64,000 nucleotides of DNA from Malacoraja senta (lineage: Eukaryota), in NCBI GenBank assembly GCA_038087875.1, contig JAXLNO010000110.1, forward strand, positions 682,001 through 746,000, written 5' to 3'. The notes beneath the pieces are model-generated. The model worked only from the letters and a program-made list of their open reading frames with translations, was not told where the DNA came from and did not search any database. Shown here one piece after another: positions 50,659 to 62,746 of this stretch. Each line of letters opens with the position of its first letter. Position 1 is the first letter of the stretch. A program made the translations under genes and the position numbers.

Positions 50659-50686
50659 CTGAAGAAGGGTCTCGACCCGAAACGTC
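50659..50686 (+). ncRNA. Minimal type I hammerhead ribozyme motif in PLE pLTR
   Basis: CTGAAGA-A-GGGT(CTCG)ACCC-GAAA-CG-TC: CUGANGA box, stem II, GAAA box, palindromic ACGU helix III and GUC cleavage triplet. Confidence 0.75.
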
Positions 50687-52539
50687 GCCCATTCCTTCTC
50701 TCCTGAGACGCTGCCTGTCCCGCTGAGTTACTCCAGCATTTTGCCTACCTTCGATTTAAACCAGCAGTTCTTTCTTACACATTTTGTCCACTCCACTGTG
50801 AAATCTCCTCAAGGTGTGTCTACTTTGAAGAAGTTCCCCTCTCTCTGACGAGAGTTCAGCAACATCCTCTCTCACTGCTCCCCCTCTGTGACTCTTTCCC
50901 TCTGACTTCTATAACCCACGTCTTAACCCAGACCCGTTACTACAGCCACGTTTGTTTTCTCGGGACTTGGCTGCGCATCCATCTTTTACCTCATGGATTG
51001 CAACTCCGGTTCCAGACATCCCAGTTCACTCCCAACCCGGACTATAGGTTCCAACAGTCGATCTGCCATTTTTCACAACACTTCTCATTCCGTGCCCTAC
51101 GTTCTACATTGGCTGCGACAGGCCCACGGCTCGGGCCTCACTCACCCACACCTGCAACGGACCCCAGCTGCACTTATCCAACGCCAGTTCCACGCCTCAA
51201 CTAACGCTTCCTTTCCTACCTGGACTCCAGTAAGGAGTCTCGCCTCCAGACCGGTCCTTCCACCGACACTCCTCGGCTCGACCGCGCGCAGGCCCGGCCC
51301 GAACACCACGAGGCCCAGTCCCGCGACGCCGTTGCTGCCACGAGAGCAGCACCAACACTTACCGCCTTCCTGGCCGATCTCAGGCCCGGAACTCCAAAGC
51401 TGCCGCCGTCGTCGACCTTCACCGCCTTCCCGGCCCACCCCAGACCCGGCACACCGGAGATGCCGCTGCCGCCGACCTTCACGGCCTCCCTGGGGCCACA
51501 ACCGCTGCTGCTGCCGACCTTCACCTCCTCACCGGGATCGCCGACCTTTACCGCGTCACCGATGACGCCGACCCTCGCTGCTTCCCCGGCCATCCGCTGA
51601 CCACTGGGACTACCGACGCTTCTCCGCTGACCCGGACACCACTCTCCGCGGGCCTCCATCAGCGACTCTGCCAACCCTCGCCACTCCACCGCCCACCAGC
51701 GGGCCGTAGCAGTCACCTTACCTGGAGTCCCAGGCTCAGCATCGGGCCCACAGTCTCCACGATGCAGACTCCCACACCACGGGCCTGACTGTTCTGGGTC
51801 TTACTGCTTCCCCCCCCCTCCTACAGGGAACCTCAGTGGGGGTTCCACTATTTCTTCCCCTTCCCCTTTTAGCCAGGTGACCCCCAGCTGCTCTCCACCC
51901 ATACAATAGTCCTCATGCCCCCCTTCCCTCTGACCACCCACCATCCCCCACCAGACATCGCCTCGGCCTCCTTCCATTCACCTGCCTTCCTCCGACCCCA
52001 ACCCCCACCCTTTACTTGTGTTCACCATCCCCCCCTGTGACCTCCCGCTCTGTGATACGGAACGATCTGTCCTCAGCAGAGGCCTCACCTTTGTTCCCCT
52101 CCACCCCCCCCCGTCAACGGGTTCCGGGTCCACCACGATGTAGAGCTCTTCTTCTGTCGCCTCCGCCTCCGGGCCTTTTCCTATGGGAAGGAGTCCTCAC
52201 CACCCAGAGATGACCCTCCTCTTGGACCTTCTACCTTCTTTAGACCTTTACATTTCCAACTGCCTGGCAGGACATCAATTTTTCCACTCCCCTTACTTAC
52301 TCTAACCTCTCCCCCCCGAACGTACAGCCTCACTCTGCAGCAACCCCGACTGGAAAATCAAACCTGCCGATAAGGGAGGTGTCGTGGTAGTCTGGCTTGC
52401 TGACCTACTGAGGCCAGGCGACAACTCTCATACACCTCCTCCTGCTTATCCTTGGACCATGACCCCACAGACGAGCACCAGGCCTTTAATCTCAAGCACC
52501 ATTACTGATTTCATCCCTTTTGCTCTCTGCCCTCTAAAG

Positions 52540-52926
52540 CAAACATCCTATTGGCGAGCAAGATAGTCCACTCGACGAAAAAGACGTAGTACGGTCATGG
52601 GCAGATTCATGGGTAATTTAGGCCCCATTTCCGTAACCGGCTTCCGTCTCCGCACCAAAGATCCCATAGGATAATAGTGCGGAGACGGAAGCCGGTTACG
52701 GAAACATCGTAAAAATAAAGTTATTTGGTAAAAATCTCTGTTTTCAGAATTTTAATTAATGAACACAAAACTATTCCCCCGCAACGTTGATTACACTGGG
52801 GGTCGGGTCCGGTCCGGTTACGGAAATGGATGAAAAAAAGGCCCACGTTCCGTTCCGTTGCGTACTACACGTCAGCCCATTGCATTTAGCAGGAGTGGTC
52901 TATCTTGCTCCGCTATAGGATCTTTG
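52540..52926. mobile_element. hAT-type MITE nested in PLE
   Basis: ~34-bp imperfect TIRs (caaacatcctattggcgagcaagatagtccactc / gagtggtctatcttgctccgctataggatctttg) and a perfect 8-bp TSD ctctaaag. Confidence 0.85.
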
Positions 52927-54579
52927 CTCTAAAGCCTCCAACCTTATCGTTCCTCAGCCACACACCGCTCGATTTTATCTTCTCCCCCAAAATCCACAAA
53001 CAGAACTGTCCTGGCAGACCCAATTGTTTCTGCTTCTTCATGTCTCACCGAATTAATTTCCACATACCTCGACTCCATCCATCCCCCGTGGTCAAATCCC
53101 TCCCTAGCTTTGTCTTCGTCTCCACAATGACTTCTGTTTTCCAGGCCCCCACTCCCTCATCTTTACTATGGATGTCCAGCCACTCTACACCTCCATCCCC
53201 CACCAGGAGGGTCTTAAAGCCCTTCCTTTCTTCCTCGACCGCAGAACCAGCCAATTTCCGTCCTCCCTTACTCTCCTCCGCCTAGCGGATGCTGGTCCTT
53301 AACCTCAACAACTTCTTCTTCGACTCCCATTTCCTCCAAATCCAAGGCCTAGCTTATGGGCACTCGCATAGGCCCTAACTATACCCGCCTCACTGCAGGG
53401 TACATTGAACATCCCTGTTACAGGCATTCACTGGCCCTATCCCTAACTCTACCTCCGCTACATTGACTACTGCATCGGTGCTGCTTCCTGCACCTGTGCA
53501 GAACTCACTGACTTCAACCTCACCCACTAATTTCCATCCTGCACTCAAATTCACTTGGACCAACTCCCACATCCTACCGTTTCTCGATCTCACTATCTCA
53601 ATCACAGAAAACAGACTATTGACTGACATCTACTACAAACCTACTGACTCCCATAGCTATCTGGACTACACTTCTTCCCACCCTGCTTCCTGTAAAGACT
53701 CTATCCCTACTCCAAATTCCTGCGCTCAGGATGAGGTTTCTCCATACCAGGGCATTGGAGATGTCCTCATTCTTTAGGAAACGAGGGTTCCCCTCTTATA
53801 GATGAGGCTCTCACTAGGATCTCCTCGATATCCCGCAGCTCCGCTCTTACTCCCGCTCCCCCCATTCGTAACAAGGACAGAGTCCCCCTTGTCCCCTTGT
53901 CCTCACCTTCCACCCCATCAGCCGTTGCATACAGCACATAATCCTCCAACATTTCCCCCACCTCCAACGGATTCCCACTACTGGCCACATCTTCCCATCT
54001 CCACCCCTTCCCGCTTTCCACAGAGACCATTCCCTCCACAACTTGCTGGTCAACTCGTCCCTTCCCACCCAAACCACCCTCTCCCCAGGTACCTTCCCCT
54101 GCAACCGCAGGAGATGCAACACCTGTCCCTTTACCTCCTCCCTCAACTCGATCCAAGGACCCAAACAGTCTTTCCAGGTGAGGCAGAGGCTCACTTGCAC
54201 CTCCTCCAACCTCATCTACTGTATCCGCTGTTCCAAGTGTCAGCTTCTCTACATCGGCGAGACCAAGCGCAGGCTCGGCGATCGTTTCACTGAACACCCC
54301 CACTCAGTCCGTCTTAACCTACCTGATCTCCCAGTGGCTCAGCATTTCAACTCCCCCTCCCATTCCCAATCTGACCTTTCTGTCCTTGGCCTCTTCCATT
54401 GTCAGAGTGAGGCCCAGCGCAAATTGGAGGAGCAGCACCTCATATTTCATTTGGGTAATTTACACCCCAGTGGTATGAACATTGACTTCTCTAACATCAG
54501 ATCGCCCTGGCTTTCTCTCTCCATCTTACTGTCGCCGACTCCATTCTATCTTTGTCCCGCCCTCTCCCCTGACATCAGC

Positions 54580-54607
54580 CTGAAGAAGGGTCTCGACCCG
54601 AAATGTC
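54580..54607 (+). ncRNA. Minimal hammerhead motif in downstream pLTR
   Basis: CTGAAGAAGGGTCTCGACCCGAAATGTC, with a CpG-type change in helix III. Flanks GC/GC can form 2 bp of stem I. Confidence 0.62.
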
Positions 54608-54672
54608 GCCCATTACTTCTCCCCAGAGATGTTGCCTGTCCCGCTGTGTTACTCCAGCATTTTGTGTCTACA

Positions 54673-55679
54673 TGAGTTTATACTAGTGGGGTACAGGTGA
54701 GTTTAAAGGGAGCTCACTAGTGGGGTACAGGTGAGATTAAAGGGAGCTCACTAGTGGGGTACAGGTGAGTTTAAAGGGAGCTCACTAGTGGGGTACAGGT
54801 GAGTTTAAAGGGAGCTCACTAGTGGGGTACAGGTGAGTTTAAAGGGAGCTCACTAGTGGGGTACAGGTAAGTTTAAAGGGAGCTCACTAGTGGGGTACAG
54901 GTGAGTTTAAAGGGAGCTCACTAGTGGGGTACAGGTGAGTTTAAAGGGAGCTCACTAGTGGGGTACAGGTGAGTTTAAAGGGAGCTCACTAGTGGGGTAC
55001 AGGTGAGTTTAAAGGGAGCTCACTAGTGGGGTACAGGTGAGTTTAAAGGGAGCTCACTAGTGGGGTACAGGTGAGTTTAAAGGGAGCTCACTAGTGGGGT
55101 ACAGGTGAGTTTAAAGGGAGCTCTCTAGTGGGGTACAGGTGAGTTTAAAGGGAGCTCACTAGTGGGGTACAGGTGAGTTTAAAGGGAGCTCACTGGCGGG
55201 GTACAGGTGAGTTTAAAGGGAGCTCACTAGTGGGGTACAGGTGAGTTTAAAGGGAGCTCACTAGTGGGGTACAGGTGAGTTTAAAGGGAGCTCACTAGTG
55301 GGGTACAGGTGAGTTTAAAGGGAGCTCACTAGTGGGGTACAGGTGAGTTTAAAGGGAGCTCACTAGTGGGGTACAGATGAGTTTGTACTGAGCACACTAG
55401 TGGGCTACAGGTGAGTTCATACTGTGCACTAGGTGGGGTACAGGTGAGTTTAAAGGGAGCGCACTATTGGAGGACATGTAAGTTTATACTGAGATCACCA
55501 GTGGGCTACAGGTGAGTGTAAAGAGAGTGCACTAGTGGACTACAGGTGAGTTTAAAGGGAGCACAATCTTGGAATGCAGGTGAGTTTATACCGAGTGCAC
55601 TGGTAGGGTACAGGTGAGTTTAAAGAGAGAGCACTAGTGGGGTACAGGATATTGACGGGAGCGCACTCATGGGGAACTG
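54673..55679. repeat. 34-bp satellite, including ~20 near-identical units
   Basis: (actagtggggtacaggtgagtttaaagggagctc)n from 54682 to ~55375, then diverged units. Confidence 0.97.
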
Positions 55680-56905
55680 GACAAGTAAAATGGATGAAGG
55701 GGAGCCAGTGGATGTAGTGTATCTAGACTTTCAGAAAGCCTTTGATAAGGTTCCGCACGGGAGACTGGTGACTAAAATTAGACCACATGGTATTGGGGGT
55801 AGGGTGTTGACGTGGATAGAAAATTGGTTGACAGACAGGAAGCAAAGAGTAGGAGTGAACGGGTCCTTTTCAGAATGGCAGGCAGGGGCGAGTAGAGTGC
55901 CGCAAGGCTCGGTGTTGGGGCACCAACTGTTTACCATATATATTAATGATTTGGAAGAGGGAATTAGGAGCAACACTAGTAAGTTTGCGGATGACACAAA
56001 GCTGGGTGGCAGTGTGAACTGTGAAGAGGATGTTAGGAGGTTGCAGGGTGACCTGGACAGGTTGAGTGAGTGGGCAGATGCGTGGCAGATGCAGTATAAT
56101 ATAGATAAATGTGAGGTTATCCACATTGGTGGCAAAAACAAGGGGGCAGATTATTATCTCAATGGGGTTAGTTTAGGTAAGGGGGAGGTACAGCGAGACC
56201 TGGGTGTCCTTGTACACCGGTCACTGAAAGTTGGCGTGCAGGTACATCAGGCAGTGAAGAAAGCTAATGGAATATTGACCTTCATAACAAGAGGATTTCA
56301 GTATAGGAGTCGAGAGGTTTTTCTGCAGTTATATAGGGCTCTGGTGAGACCACATCTGGAGTATTGCGTACAGTTTTGGTCTCCTAATTTGAGGAAGGAC
56401 ATCCTTGTGATTGAGGCAGTACAGCGTAGGTTCACGAGATTGATCCCTGGGATGGCGGGACTGTCATATGGGGAAAGATTGAAAAGACTAGGCTTGTATT
56501 CACTGGAGTTTAGAGGGATGAGGGGGTATCTTATAGAAACATATAAAATTATAAAAGGACTGGACAAGATAGATGCAGGAAAAAATGTTCCCAATGTTGG
56601 GCGAGTCCAGAACCAGGGGCCACAGTCTTAGAATAAAGGGGAGGCTATTTAAGACTGAGGTGAGAAAAAACTTTTTCACCCAGAGAGTTGTGAATTTGTG
56701 GAATTCCCTGCCAGAGAGGGCAGTGGAGGCCAAATCACTGGATGGATTTAAGAGAGAGTTAGATAGAGCTCTAGGGGCTGCTGGAATCAAGGGATATGGG
56801 GAGAAGGCAGGCACGGGTTATTGATGGGGGACGATCAGCCATGATCGCAATCAATGGCGGCTGGCTCGCAGGGCCGAATGGCCTCCTACTATTTTCAATG
56901 TTTCT
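55680..56905 (+). mobile_element. CR1 LINE 3' part inserted in 34-bp satellite
   Basis: 320-aa RT ORF 55669-56631; satellite on both sides. Confidence 0.93.
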
Positions 56906-57495
56906 AACTGGTGCGTTTATACTCAGTGCACCAGTGGGATACTGGTGAGCTAATACTGGACACACTAGTAGGGTACAGTTGAGTTTAAAGGAGCACACTA
57001 GTGAGGTACAGGTGAGTTTAAGGGGAGTGCACTAATGTGGTAAAGTTGAGAGTAAAGAGAGCACACTAGTGGGGTACAGGTGAGTATACTGAGAGCACTA
57101 GTGGAGTACAGATGAGTTTAAACTGATGGCGCTAGTGGGGTACATGTGAGCTTAAGGTGTGCACACTGGTGAGGTACAGGTGAGTTTATACGGAGAGCAC
57201 TACTGGGGTACAGGTCAGTTTAAAGGAGCGTACTAGTGGGGTGCAGGTGAGTGCAAAGGGAGTGCACTAGTGTGTTACAGTTGAGTTTAAAGTAAGTGTA
57301 CTAGTGTGTTACAGGTAAGTTTAAGGTGAGGACTAGTGTGTTACAGGTGAGTTTAAAGTGAGTGTACTAGTGTGTTACAGGTGAGTTTGAAAGGAGTGCA
57401 CTAGTGGGGTACAGGTGAGTTTAAAGGGAGTACATTCATGGGGTACAGGTGAGTTTATACTTAGTACATTCATGGGGTACAGGTTTTAAAGGGAG
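56906..57495. repeat. 34-bp satellite, diverged block
   Basis: The same unit resumes after the CR1 insertion. Confidence 0.92.
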
Positions 57496-57930
57496 CAGGG
57501 AGCACAGATACACCAGACGCTGTCTCTCTGCGCTTTTGACATGTGTATGCCATAAGGTTATAAGTAATAGGAGCAGAATTAGGCCATCCGGCCCATCAAG
57601 TCTACGCCGCCATTCAATCATGGCTGATCTATCTCTCCCCTCCCAACCCCATTCTCCCCATAACTTCTGACACCCGTACTTATCAAGAATCTATCTATCT
57701 CTGCCTTAAAAATACCCATTGACGGCCTCCACAGCCGTCTGTGGCAATGAATTCCACAGATTTACCACCCTCTGGCTAAAGTAATTCCTTCTCATCTCCT
57801 TCCTATAGGAACGTCCATTAATTCTGAGGCTGTGCCCTCTGGTCCTAGACACTCCCACTAGTGGAAACATCCTCTCCACATCCACTCTATCCACATCCAC
57901 TGTTCTATGTTTCAATGAGCCCCCCCCCCC

Positions 57931-58915
57931 CAGTGATGGAAATAGGAGGGTACGCAGGGGTACGGCGTTCCCCTAGTTTTCAATTTCCAGCTCGGATTTC
58001 ATGAGTACTGCAGAAAGATTCAAGCCGTTTCTCATTTTATTCAACTCAGACGAAAATGATTTGTTAACTGCCACTGTTAGCACTTGTTAACAGCCAGTAG
58101 TTAACAGTAGTTATACAATGTGATCAATACACCGATCCACATTCCTCAGTAAATGTAATTGTGTTTTAACACCGCGTTCCTTTGAATAAAATTCAAGGGA
58201 GAATTTCTTAAACTCAATGTCAGGGCTACCGGACCGCGAACACGGGGTCAGGTAAAGTCACGTTATTTTATTATTCCACGTTATTTTATTTGCCTCCGTG
58301 CCTCTCTGCCTCCGTGCCTCTCCCCTGCTCTCCACTCTCTCCCCCGCTCTGCCCGTTCTCGAAAACTCGATGATGTATTTTGGGAGGTATTTTGGAGAAA
58401 GGAGATGCATAAAATGTGCACATTTAAAAAATCAGGGTTCAGATATACAAACCTTCAAAAGCAAATGATATGCTACATTTTCAAATGGGAAATAATGCTT
58501 AAGAAGCTAATAGAAAACTTGTATAAATCATTGCTTGTGCCATAGTTAGAATATTGTGATTCAATTTTTCTGGAATTATATTTCCTTCAGCTAACAAAAA
58601 TAATGAATAATTAGTCTAAGGTAGTCAATTAGTTAATGGTGCAGTAACGCTTGGCTAGCAGTCACCGTTGAATGGTATTCGATATACTAGTTAAGAGGGA
58701 GAAGGATGTCAGAAAACAAGGCTCTAAATTTAAGTAAACTTTGGGAAAGTGAGGCAGAAGATTAGACTATGCAAAGCATTGACAAACAATGTGAAATGTT
58801 CCAAGATCTTGGTAATAGACCTGTACATTTTGAAGTGAATTGAAATTATTTGTCATTCAAAAATGAATGAAAAGAAATGAATGTTATCCTTAACAACTAA
58901 GTTCAGGTAGACAGT
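57931..58915. mobile_element. Possible DNA transposon fragment
   Basis: Starts cagtgatgg..., AT-rich, and abruptly bounded by CR1 pieces. No second TIR found. Confidence 0.3.
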
Positions 58916-58918
58916 AAC

Positions 58919-59940
58919 ATGGATAAGGGCGAGCCAGTGGATGTAGTGTACCTGGACTTTCAGAAAGCCTTTGATAAGCTCCCACACGGGAGATTAGTGG
59001 GCAAAATCAGAGCACATGTTATTGGGGGTAGGGTAGTGACTAGTGGGGTGCCTCAAGGCTCGGTGTTGGGACCGCAGCTATTCACAGTATATATTAATGA
59101 TTTAGATGAAGGAATTAAAAGTAACATTAGCAAATTTGCAGATGACACAAAGCTGGATGGCAGTGTGAACTGTGAAGAGGATGCTATGAGGATGCAGAGT
59201 GACTTGGATAGGTTGGGTGAGTGGGAAGATGCATGGCAGATGCAGTATAATGTGGATAAATGTGAGGTTATCCACTTTAGTGGCAAGAACAAGAGATAGA
59301 TTATCATCTGAATGGCAGGTAGACACAATGCTAGAGTAACTCAGCGGGTCAGGCAGCATCTCTGGAGCAAAGAAATGGGTGACGTTTCGGGTCGAGACCC
59401 TTCTGTATGGTGTCAGATTAGGAAAAGGGGAAGTGCAACGAGACCCGGAAGTACTTGTACATGAGTTACTGAAAGTAAGCATGCAAGAAACAGCAGGCAG
59501 TGAAGAAAACTAATGGCATGTTGGCCTTCATAATGATAGGATTTGAGTATAGGAGCAAAGAGGTCCTTCTGCAGTTGTACAGTGCCCTGGTGAGACCACA
59601 CCTGGAGTATTGTGTGCAGTTTTGGTCTCCTAATTTGAGGAAGGACATTCTTGCTATTGAGGGAGTACAATGTAGCTTCACGAGGTTAATTCCCGGGATG
59701 ACAGAAATGTCATATGATGAAAGAATGGAACGACTGGGCTTGTATCCACTGAAATTTAGAAGGATGAGAGGGCATCTTATAGTAACGTAAAATTATTAAG
59801 GGATTGGACACGCTAGATGCAGGAAACATGTTCCCCATGTTGGAGGAGTCCAGAACCAAGGGCCACAGTTTAAGAATACGGGGTCGGCCATTTAGAACTG
59901 AGATGAGGAAAAACCTTTTCACCCAGAGTGTTGTGAATTT
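58919..59940 (+). mobile_element. CR1 LINE fragment interrupted by a hammerhead-tail element (~59320-59405)
   Basis: RT ORFs 58919-59299 and 59500-59790. Confidence 0.88.
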
Positions 59941-60600
59941 GACAATGGAGGAGGCCCAGGACAGAAAGGTCAGATTGGGAATGGGAGGGGAATGGTGTGA
60001 ATTCACAGCTTTATCCTGCGCTACTTAATCCAAGGGCGAGCGAACGAGCGGACAGACGGCCAAAAGCAACGATCATAGAATGGAATAGATGACATTTCGG
60101 GTCGAGACCCTTCTTCAGACTGAGTCAGGGGAAAGAGGAACAAGAGATATGGACGGTACTAAGGACAAATGAATGGAAGATATGCCTATATCTCCCATTT
60201 CCCTTTCCCTTGACTGTCAGTCTGAAGAAGGGTCTCGACCCGAAATGTCACCTATTCCACTCTATGATCATTGCTTTCGTCTGTCAGAGAGAGAGAGATG
60301 CAAGAAAGGAGCTATGACATATAATACACAATAAACTATATTATAAATACACAATAAACAAGTTATGCATTCTTGTACTCTTACATGGGTATGACCGCAC
60401 ATAAAAATTCCCCCCACCCCCCCTTCCTTCCCAACCGCAGCCTCATGGACCTTAGAGTACCTCTAGTTCCTAAAACTCATTTCCATCACTGCCCCCCCCC
60501 TCATCCGTCAAGAATGGATCGACTGGACTTATATTCACTGGAATTTAGAAGGATGAGAGGCGATCTTATAGAAACATCAAATTATTAAGGGATTGGACAG

Positions 60601-62313
60601 ATGTAGGTCCCTTGCAGTCAGAAACAGGTGAATTGGGGAACAAGGACATGGCAGACCAATTGAATAACTACTTTGGTTCTGTCTTCACTAAGGAAGACAT
60701 AAATAATCTGCCGGAAATAGCAGGGGACCGGGGGTCAAATGAGATGGAGGAACTGAGTGAAATCCAGGTTAGCCGGGAAGTGGTGTTAGGTAAATTGAAT
60801 GGATTAAAGGCCGATAAATCCCCAGGGCCAGATAGGCTGCATCCCAGAGTACTTAAGGAAGTAGCCCCAGAAATAGTGGATGCATTAGTGATAATTTTTC
60901 AAAACTCTTTAGATTCTGGAGTAGTTCCTGAGGATTGGAGGGTAGCTAATGTAACCCCACTTTTTAAAAAGGATGGGAGAGAGAAAACGGGGAATTACAG
61001 ACCAGTTAGTCTAACATCGGTAGTGGGGAAAATGCTAGAGTCAGTTATTAAAGATGGGATAGCAGCACATTTGGAAAGTGGTGAAATCATTGGACAAAGT
61101 CAGCATGGATTTAGGAAAGGTAAATCATGTCTGACGAATCTTATAGAATTTTTCGAGGATGTAACTAGTAGAGTGGATAAGGGAGAACCAGAGGATGTGT
61201 TGTATCTGGACTTTCAGAAGGCTTTCGACAAGGTCCCACATAAGAGATTAGTATGCAAACTTAAAGCACACGGTATTGGGGGTTCAGTATTGATGTGGAT
61301 AGAGAACTGGCTGGCAGACAGGAAGCAAAGAGTAGGAGTAAACGGGTCCTTTTCAGAATGGCAGGCAGTGACTAGTGGGGTACCGCAAGGCTCAGTGCTG
61401 GGACCCCAGCTATTTACAATATATATTAATGAACTGGATGAGGGAATTGAATGCAACATCTCCAAGTTTGCGGATGACACGAAGCTGGGGGGCAGTGTTC
61501 GCTGTGAGGAGGATGCTAGGAGGCTGCAAGGTGACTTGGATAGGCTGGGTGAGTGGGCAAATGCATGGCAGATGCAGTATAATGTGGATAAATGTGAGGT
61601 TATCCACTTTGGTGGCAAAAACAGGAAAGTAGACTATTATCTGAATGGTGGCCGATTAGGAAAAGGGGAAATGCAACGAGACCTGGGTGTCATGGTACAC
61701 GAGTCATTTAAAGTAGGCATGCAGGTGCAGCAGGCAGTGAAGAAAGCGAATGGTATCTTAGCATTCATAGCAAAAGGATTTGAGTATAAGAGCAGGGAGG
61801 TTCTACTGCAGTTGTACAGCGTCTTGGTGAGACCACACCTGGAGTATTGCGTACAGTTTTGGTCTCCTAATCTGAGGAAAGACATTCTTGCCAAAGAGGG
61901 AGTACAGAGAAGGTTCACCAGACTGATTCCTGGGATGGCAGGACTTTCATATGAAGAAAGACTGGATAGACTCGGCTTGTACTCGCTAGAATTTAGAAGA
62001 TTGAGGGGGGATCTTATAGAAATTTACAAAATTCTTAAGGGGTTGGACAGGCTAGATGCAGGAAGATTGTTCCCGATGTTGGGGAAGTCCAGGACAAGGT
62101 GGAATTCTCTGGCACAGAAGGTAGTTGAGGCCAGTTCATTGGCTATATTTAAGAAGGAGTTGGATGTGGCCCTTGTGGCTAAAGGGATCAGGGGGTATGG
62201 AGAGAAGGCAGGTACAGGATACTGATTTGGATGATCAGCCATGATCATATTGAATGGTGGAGCAGGCTCGAAGGGCCGAATGGCCTACTCCTGCACCTAT
62301 TTTCTATGTTTGT
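60601..62313 (+). mobile_element. CR1 LINE, 5'-truncated, long open RT ORF
   Basis: 537-aa ORF 60612-62225 with NYRPVSLTSVVGK, LDFQKAFDKV, PQGSVLGP, KFADDTKL and the CR1 3' tail. Confidence 0.95.
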
Positions 62314-62511
62314 ATGACAGGCTAGACGCAGGAAAAATGTTCCCGATGTTGGGGGAGTCCAGAACCAGGGGTCACAGTGTAAGAATAGGGTATGCCATTT
62401 AGAACGGAGATGAGGAAACACTTTTTCACACAGAGAGTTGTGAATCTGTGGAATTCTCTGCCACAGAAGGCAATGGAGGCCAAGTCATTGGACGTTTTCA
62501 AGAGAGAGTCA

Positions 62512-62746
62512 AGGGCCTGTCCCACTTGCCGATTTTTTTCGGCGACTGCCTGCGTCATTGACTGACCTATCAGGGTCGCCTAAAGAATTTGAACATTTCA
62601 AAACCCAGCGGCGACAAAAGAAATGTTGCGACCCTTGAGGAAACACCGCGCGTCAATACGTTGTCACCGCGACTTTTTCGGTGACCTGATATGTCAGTCA
62701 ATGATGCCAACAGTCGCCGAAAAAATCGGCAAGTGGGACAGGCCAT
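62512..62746. mobile_element. PIF/Harbinger-type MITE (related family) inserted in CR1 tail
   Basis: TIR agggcctgtcccacttgccgatttttttcggcgac and its inverse; flanks tca/tta. Confidence 0.78.

Larger units (their letters stand above)
50301..54672 (+). mobile_element. Penelope-like element with pLTR-ORF-pLTR partial tandem structure (degenerate ORF)
   Basis: Direct repeats 50301-~50750 and 54248-54672 (GIY-YIG end + 3'UTR + hammerhead). Between them are PLE N-terminal, RT and GIY-YIG remnants (ORF 54043-54675 LIYCIRCSKCQLLYIGETKR). The element interrupts a 34-bp satellite unit. Confidence 0.88.

Noticed and set aside
50993..51716. GC-rich ORFs as a host gene or CpG-island exon
   Set aside because: They lie between the two pLTRs and are continuous with PLE N-terminal remnants.
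54673..55679. CRISPR-like array of ~34-bp palindromic repeats
   Set aside because: Units are contiguous with no unique spacers, there are no cas genes, and the context is vertebrate. It is a satellite.
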